Shown piece after piece: positions 55,966 through 64,000 of a stretch of DNA of 64,000 nt. The notes below the pieces were generated by a model that searched no databases, was not told the DNA's origin, and saw only the letters and a list, made by a program, of their open reading frames with translations. The stretch's first letter is position 1; each line of letters starts with the position of its first letter. Both the position numbers and the translations under genes were made by a program. The stretch is from Adineta vaga (lineage: Eukaryota; Animalia; Rotifera), in NCBI GenBank assembly GCA_021613535.1, contig CP075496.1:10664001-10728000 (forward strand), read 5' to 3'.

Positions 55966-57784
55966 TTATATAGAAGGAAAATATTTGCTCGTATTTCCAT
56001 TCATATTCTTCTGTGTCGCCATACGTTCGAATGGTAAATGTCGTTGAAGAGTTGAACTATGTGTTGATGTTCGTGGTGTTGTTTTTCGAGGTTCTGAATT
56101 GATCATTCGTTGCCGTTGAGTATTTTTTAATGTTGATATTGTTGCTAATTTCGGCGATGAGGGTGGTAACGTAGCATCATTCGATAATGTTTTACAGGTT
56201 GAACCAGCATTTTCTTTACAATTAACATGAGTTGATTGAGAACAATATGAACAACGATATGAAACTGAACCAAAATTGATTCGTTTGAGACACTAGAAAA
56301 TAAATAACGTAGAATTTTTAATTTCTAAAAAATAAATCCTTGTCTTACCACAAAACATGTTTCGGGTTTGAAAATTTTTCGTGAAACAAAACGATGTGCA
56401 ACAGTTGAGAATTTTGTTGGTGTCATTGGTAATGTTTGTTCCATAGAAGAAGATGATGCTGTTTTTGTACTGTTGAATGTTGTTGTTGTTGTTGTTGATG
56501 ATGATAATGTATCATTATTTTCTACAAAAAGAACATTCGAATTTTGTAAATAGATTGATATAATCACCATTATACCTATCGTTATTCGACTTTGTTGTTC
56601 ATTACATGAATTATCAATCATTTTGATATCTGTTGAAACTTTAAATGGTCGTGTTGTATTTTCTAATGATGTATAACATTGAAATGTTGTTTGAGCAATG
56701 ATACGTTGTGAAGAAGGATTTATCTATTGGAAATTATAGATTCAAAAGTAAAAGTCCAAAATTGTAGACTTTCTTTATTACCATTTGTCGTGATTCATCA
56801 TAACGAAGACGTTTTGACGGTGAAATACTTTTTTCATCATCTTGATCTATCAAACGTTTTCTTGTCGATGATTGTGGAAGAACAACACGAGGATGTATAA
56901 TTATACTTTCATTATTATTATCATCATCAATTGTACAATTCCGACTATCTAATTCATCTTCATCTTCATCTTCCGATGAAATAGCATCTCTAGAAAGGAT
57001 TTATTTTACAAACGAAAATCAATAATTTTTTTCAAGAAAGAAACCTTAATCTATCTTCACATTTCTTCTTTATATAATGTAATTGATCGATTGGTGATGT
57101 ATGATGACCATGATAATTTATAATACCATAGATTTCTTGAATTGTTTTATGCTAGAATAAAATATACGATGAAATGTGTCTTTTTATTATGAAGTAGAAT
57201 AAATTGTATTTCATTGATGATTTGCATAAACAAATTATGAAGTAAATTTGAGACATCTGATGACATTTATTCTCTAAAGACTTTCATAGTTTTAAGAAAA
57301 CTGAATTACAATTGATCTAAATTATGTGTCGAAATATTGTGCTTATTAATCGATGCATTCTATTTCTTGTAGAACTTAGACGTGTTTTTGCTTACTAATT
57401 TAGCAGCTCGATTTGTTGAGTTGAGACGACGTTGTCGTTGATCATGAATTTGTTGACTAAAGACAATAATAAGAATAGATATTCTTGTCAAATTCAAAAC
57501 AAAATTATCACCTTTGAGACTTCGTTTTCAATGTCGCACTTTTTAATTGACTTTCCAACCGTTTAACAATTTGTCTTTGTTCTAAATATTGCTTCAATAA
57601 AGCAAATAAATCTAAATGAATATATATATATATATATATTTCACTTCTATATCACATCATTAAAAACATCTCGAGGCAACAAACCATCTTCAGTTGTATT
57701 ATTGATAAGTAATCGTTGATTATAGGCTAATATACCAAGTGCATGTGTCGTTTGTTGAAGTTTGACTTTAAAACTATCACACAT
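55966..57784 (-). CDS. RacGAP1/CYK-4-like coiled-coil + C1 protein lacking the RhoGAP domain
   Basis: N-terminal coiled coil, IIAQTT motif, C1 HRFVSRKIFKPETCFVCLKRINFG...YRC..C....H..C......C, then ~75 aa of low complexity and a stop. The start is uncertain. Confidence 0.7.
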
Positions 57785-59314
57785 CTGAAAATATTCGTGA
57801 GAATGAATAAAGAAGTCTGTTTGAATTTTAGATAGTATTTTCTACTTTATTAGTACTATTACTTTCACTAAAATATATAGTTCATTCAATCGATAATCTA
57901 GCTATTTCATCGATACAACCTATTCAAAATGAGTATTAAATAAGATGTTCAAAGTGCGAACAAAGAGACAAGAAGGAAATATAATTATCTAATCCCTTTG
58001 TTGGTTAGTGAAAAGAAAACCAATTGACACTATTGAATAATAGATGTCGTTATTCATTATTGAAATTGTGATTGAGAACTAATACTAATAATAAGCTTAA
58101 GGAATAGATAAATGAACTATGCAATACTTAAGGCTATAATTTACATAGTCAGCATAACAATGAACCACGGTTTATATGAAGCAGACACGATCGATCGAGA
58201 GTCTCCTTCAAATTTAGTCATCGCTTAGCAAATGGCATATCCATGTTTTCATCTTGAAACGATCGGCAAATAATATGAAACATAGAAGAAAATCTTTGAT
58301 CTATATTTCATATTCATGGAAAGTGATTTTTATCTTCTCATAATCTTGCTGATAGACTTTGACTTGCAAGACAGACTATAGATATTAGAAGAGAAAATTT
58401 TTTATAAGAGGAGAGGAAAACGATGAACATAAATGAACTTTTTTTCAATGTATTGAACTGTACGAAGAGGAAATGAATTCATTCGTCGAAGAACACATGA
58501 GACTATTTTTTATATAATCATTTGAATATAAATATATAGATTTATCTATGAATCAAACAAAATATTGCACGGCATATCAAACGAATTACTTTTGATGATG
58601 AATGAACAAAAAATATGATCACTAGAGACTCGCTCAATTCATTTTGTTAAGATGAATGACAATAATGTGTTTTTATATGCATCTCATCTTTATTCTATAC
58701 AAAAAAATATCTGATAATTTCTATCTAACATCAGTGAAATTCATCGAAGTTTGATTTATTATTATTAATTATTTATTCTAAAATATCTCAATCAATAGAA
58801 TAACAAACGACACATTCTTTTATGAATAAATCTAAAGAAAAATATGATCTATTTTCATCTTCTAAAAAGATTATATTGAATCTATCTAGAAAAAGGAAAC
58901 ATTGGTCTCTCGTTCTATCGACTTTATTGCAATTAGATTTCTTTTGCATGATGAAAACATCGAAGGCATTATTGATATAAATGACTAAATGAGATTTAGA
59001 ACAAGTATTCTATCTCTAGTAAAAGAAATCTATTATTATTTATTAACAAATGCACGCATTTGGGTACTCCATTGCAATGCTGCAGATTTCGGTCTCCATT
59101 TTGCGAAACACAGAGAGAGGGAGAGAGCAACAAGTAATAGAGGAGGGAAGAAAACGATAAGAGAAGAAGAAAAAAAAGAATCTTCATTGACAACTTCGAG
59201 CAATGGAATGGAAACAACATACACACGCATATATATATATATATGACGAGAATAGAGAGAAAGAAATAGTTTCCGACAAAAACAGCTTGACTTTTAACTT
59301 GTCGTGAATAAACA

Positions 59315-59965
59315 ATGAGAGAACGAATAAAACTGGTTGATGAAATTAGTACCTGTTCGTTGGTGAAAATTTTAGTTGTATTTTTATTCAAATTTGATAT
59401 CGTTATTAGTATTCGAATTCGAAATCTATCAAATCATACAAGCAATCATTCATGTTATACTTGTATTGAACCATTAGTTGGTTATAGTAAGTCGTTTTAA
59501 TCATAATTATACCACTGACAGCTAGAATAACCGATTAGTTCTACTCATCAATATTTCATATGTATATATATAGATAGATGTTTTCTTCTTCTAGCTGATC
59601 ATCCCGATTCATGCAAATATTTAAATACAAGTTCTCCGTTGGCATCGTCTTTTATTAAAGATTGTAATGATGATCTTACCGGTGAATATGAATGTCGAAA
59701 AGTTGTTATTAGTTATCGTTCAATTGAAACTTATCTTCGACGTGATTGTGCACCGAAAGGTTTATGTTCATGGAAAGATAGAACAGGATCAATGATCAAT
59801 ACTCCTGTATCCAATTGTGTTTATACTGATGAACGTTTACAGAAACTTGAATGTATTTATTGTTGTGATACGCCATTGTGTAATCGATCGATATTGTATC
59901 GAATGACAATACAATTTATTGTTTATTTATTAGTAATTCAAAATTTAAATTTTTTATTAAATTAG
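59315..59965 (+). CDS. Ly6/uPAR three-finger (Sleepless/quiver-like) GPI-anchored protein
   Basis: Hydrophobic N-terminal segment, SCYTC, CRK, RRDC, CIYCCDTPLCN and a hydrophobic C-terminal tail. One intron at ~59487-59594. Confidence 0.8.
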
Positions 59966-61997
59966 AAGAAAAATTGTATAAATTTGGTTTTTGAAATCAA
60001 CGGAAAATGATTATGTTTGTAGCATTTTTCTGACTGCTAAGAGAAAAGTTTGAAATCTATGAAACCTTTCATAATAAGTCAATGTCATGTTGTCTAACGT
60101 TTAGAAAAACATGATGATGATGATGAAAAGTAAATTAAAGAAATAAGGAACAGACGATGTACGGCTTCTCTTTAAAAAAAAACATGCTGTACTTTATCAA
60201 ATGAAATTTCTTCTATTTGAAGATAGATTTCAGTTAAATCTGTTGATTTTATTTGAAAAATATTGATTAGTATTTTAAAATTCTTTTGATTAATATTTAA
60301 TATTTGCTGCCATTGTAGATGTTCTATGAAGCATAATTCTATTATACTGATTAGCTTTCTTCGTAAGTTAATGTAATGAAATATATATTGAGTGTATATC
60401 ATCATGTCTGACTTTCTGCATTAGATAGAACATTATGAAAACAATAGAATTATTTCTGTCGGATGTATTCAATTTTACTAAGTACTCTCTAGACAATCTA
60501 TAGTATGAGATAGGATGTTGAATACGATCTGATATTGATTATTTGTAATAAGCCTATGGATTCCATTTGAATATAATTTTTAACGAACTACAAATGTTGA
60601 TGATCAACAGCTGTATGTGAAAGTCTAGTATGAGATGTGTTTTGAGTATTGATAAGTAATGCATATCGTATAGGAAGAAGTTATAAGATATTCAGGAATA
60701 AATCCATAGATAGACTTTATACAGATGTTCTAAACCTAGTCTTCCTGAAAGTTAATTGTTTAGTAACAGTTATACTCGCTAGATATTATTCTCTGCTCAT
60801 GAGACAACAAACATATGATTTATTATGAGTAAAAGAATTGCATTGTTCAATATTTTGGACACTTCGTCGAAGGAGAACTAGCAAGTAACAAAGAGAAAAT
60901 AGCATAAACTGAAATGCAACGCTTTTGTTGAAGTGTCATATACTATTTTATTTGAGACAAGAATAGAGGTTTTTCTCGCACAATCTTCATTCTGGTATGA
61001 GTATGTTTTTTGTAAACACTTAAGAAACTAATGTAAAAGAATGATATGATTGTATGTCTTTTTTTGCTGTTTTGGTATGACAATTCTAAATCACTTTACT
61101 GGAAAACATGACTTGCTCGAAAGTCTATACGAGAAAAAAAGAATTTCTAAGGAAGTTCAATGTCGATTTGTCGGCCCATTTTTACTCTACTAACTAATTG
61201 TAATATCCGTTAGATACTGATTATCGTAGTTCATGATCGTATATAATTATTATTGTCAGTTGATGTCAAGAACAGAAAAATTTTCTGGAAAAATCGTTTA
61301 ATATTAACGAGAAACGAAAGTTTTGATAGCAATCTAAGATACGATTACAAATGTTTGTAAACATAAAAAATAGAACATTTTAGTTTTGACTAAACGACAA
61401 GATTATTTATCAGTAATTCAAGGAATTGAGTGTAAAGATAATCTAAAATAAATGATTCAATCTTGTTAGTTCAACTCATTTACAATTTTGTATGAATATC
61501 TTACTACACCGCCGTATGACTAGAAAGAACACGAATCATTATAGTTTGAAGGTGATGATCATGATGATGATGAATATATGATGCTTTCAAGTTGAGTGAA
61601 TCCATTTAATGAACCTTGATTAATAAATTTGGTCAAAGTTTATCAACGAAGAGAGAAGAATGTTGAAAGCGAGTTCAATCGAGTAAAAAAACGAGACAGT
61701 CCTTCGAATACTGATCGTATACATTATCTGATTATATGATATTAACATATGTTATTGATTCTAGTTTTCTAAAATTCTAATAGTATCTTCTCTTTTGCGT
61801 AGATCTGAATATCTATAAAGGATGTATTTAATATGAGTATATTTAATTAGTTTACAAAAGAAAAGGAAACATTGCACTGTTCAAAAAAATTATAAGGATA
61901 AGAAGACAAAGCGATGCCATGCTTGTAGCGGAGAAACAGGAGAAGAACACCACAACATATCACAAAAACAAAACAAAGGTTAAAATCAATCAATCAT

Positions 61998-64000
61998 TTA
62001 TGCATATAATCGTTTTTTATTATTAGATGACTCTTCTTCTTCTTCTTCCACTTCTTCCTCAGCATCAATAGGTAATATTGTTTGATCATCATTTTCAGTT
62101 TGACTTAAACGAAAATCGTTTAAACGTTCATAAGTTGGAGTAATACGACTATATCTATGATAATGATTGCCTTCGACTTCATCTTCATCGTCACCACTAT
62201 CAATATCCCAAAGACGTTGTGCTAATGAACGGTGATCTATAGGATATCGACGATATGTATATGGTTGACGATGAGATGATAGTACCTGGATTGCCATGTA
62301 TGACTACTTGCATAGGATGGTGCTACTCGATAAGGATCAACAACAAAATATTGTTGTTGTGTGGGCGATGAATAAAATGCTGGTGTTGCAGGTGGAAGTG
62401 GTAGACGAGAATTACGTACACGTGGATATGGATATTGTATGTATCGATGATCTTGACCGGAACGAATACGACGAGTTTTTGGTAAAGATAAAGGTGGTGA
62501 TTTAACGAGTATACGCATTTTAACGGGTGTTGTTTGGTAATTTTGTGAACTACATAAGATTGGTATAATCGATTCATCGGGACGTGATGGTACATAGGAT
62601 GAATAATATATTGAAGAAGTTGATGGTGGATGTACACTTGAATGATATCGATGAGAATAATTAGATCTTAATGTTGGATTTAGTAATGTAGATGATGTAC
62701 TGCTTGAAGTTGACTAGAAAAAAACAAACAAATAATTCGTGATTTTGTTGATAATTCAAATAAATAAATAGAAAGATTCATACCTGGCGTTTTAATGATA
62801 GTGATGGTACTTGTAGACGTTGTTCAGATTGATGAATGGATGTATTCATCTTAATTTCATTCTTCATTGAATCATTTGGTGGATTATTTGATTTATACAT
62901 TGTATTAGAATGTTCGTTATCAACTAAAATATCGATGATTTCAGTTGGAGTTGTTTTGTCTATATTTCTGACTTTAAATGGACCTCGAGGTGTTCGTGTA
63001 ATAGGTAGAAATGTTCCACTCGCACCTAGTTCATACGATACTTCACTATCATTTGATAACGTTTGTAATTTATTCGTGTCCATTCTATCTTTATATTTGT
63101 CATGAAGAAGAGAATCTTCATCTCTAGCATCTTCATTGGCTACTAATTTATTACTAAATAAAGTTGTTTGAGTAATATTAATATTATTCAAATCAATTTT
63201 TGAATAGAAATAAATTTGTGGAATTAATATGAAAAATAGACATATTGTACCGATTGTAAACATACCAACAATAATTACAGGAAATACCAATGATGAATGT
63301 GTATAATGATACATAAATGTCCATAATAACCACGCAATATCAATTAATATAAAAGCAAACATATTAAAACATGTCAAAGATGTTTTGGTCTTATATATTC
63401 TTGATGATTGTTCTTTTTGAATTTTACTTCGATGATGACAACGACGACAAAGAAATAGACATATTGCTATTAACGTACATACTAATAATTCTATCATTGC
63501 ATAGGTGTATGTCCCATAAAATCGATAATCAACAATACATTGAAGTGAACATGATTTCATCGATGATGTTGATACACTATGTTTTTGAAATGATAGGTCT
63601 AATTTTGGATATTCATCAATTGTTTGATATGGACAAGCACGTGGAAATGTAAAATACCACCAAAGTATTCCAATTGGTATTTGTACAAATACAAGTAATA
63701 AATAAATCAATAAAGCTGTCATTTGTTTTGTTCGATTGGATAGAATTCTTGCAGCTAACCATTGCATGATATAACGACATAATAATGCTGAATAAAGTAA
63801 TGCATATGCTAATTGAGAAAGAAATTCTCTTAAACTACAAAATAATTCATTGCCACGTATTAGAAAAAAGATGACAATAAGATAGATAAAACAAACACTG
63901 AAACAAATAAATACATTAGTTAATATCAGATGATTATTTAAATAACGAATTGAAATACATAGAAATATGAATAGAATGATTATTGTAATTAAAATTCCTA
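61998..64000 (-). CDS. Class C (7tm_3) GPCR, C-terminal part; 5' end outside the window
   Basis: TM array with CSLREFLSQLAYALLYSALL, LVFVQI.I..LW, C..D..FY..YTY, I.W..W, LFFILIPQIY, then a long Ser/Pro-rich tail after intron ~62784-62714. The end is either 62237 or 61998. Confidence 0.75.

Noticed and set aside
57900-61950. Long intergenic stretches around the Ly6 gene
   Set aside because: No supportable ORFs, repeats or RNA structures seen by eye.

Overview
This is an AT-rich, gene-dense eukaryotic genomic window with very short (about 50-60 nt) GT-AG introns. The architecture, gene content and a jockey-clade LINE point to a bdelloid rotifer (Adineta-like), which is an inference. Two blocks of ordinary intron-rich genes flank an ~11.5 kb island. 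The first block holds TMEM151-like, RING/coiled-coil/beta-propeller, Rho GTPase, EED, PPT, NUB1 and DLEC1 genes. The second holds MEAF6, alpha-tubulin, NCS EF-hand, RagC/D, PPIG cyclophilin, CDCA3-like, SLC25, UBFD1, SH2D4, a GAP-less RacGAP1-like gene, Ly6 and a class C GPCR. The island (23.9-35.3 kb) contains three intronless non-metazoan-type GT15 (KRE2/MNT1-like) mannosyltransferases, a GT14 branching GlcNAc-transferase, and a 5'-intact but inactivated Hebe/jockey-like retrotransposon with an 11-bp TSD that interrupts a decayed gene. The most striking observation is that the third GT15 ORF lies entirely inside the single 1158-nt intron of the GT14 gene on the same strand. It has its own splice acceptor just before its ATG and an AATAAA just before its stop, so one pre-mRNA could yield either enzyme. 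Other highlights are a 447-bp near-identical tract between two GT15 paralogs, a candidate poison exon plus hairpin in PPIG, operon-like gene spacing, and further HGT candidates (Ndt1-type NAD+ carrier, protist-type PPT). All gene models were read by eye and family names come from recalled motifs, not database searches.
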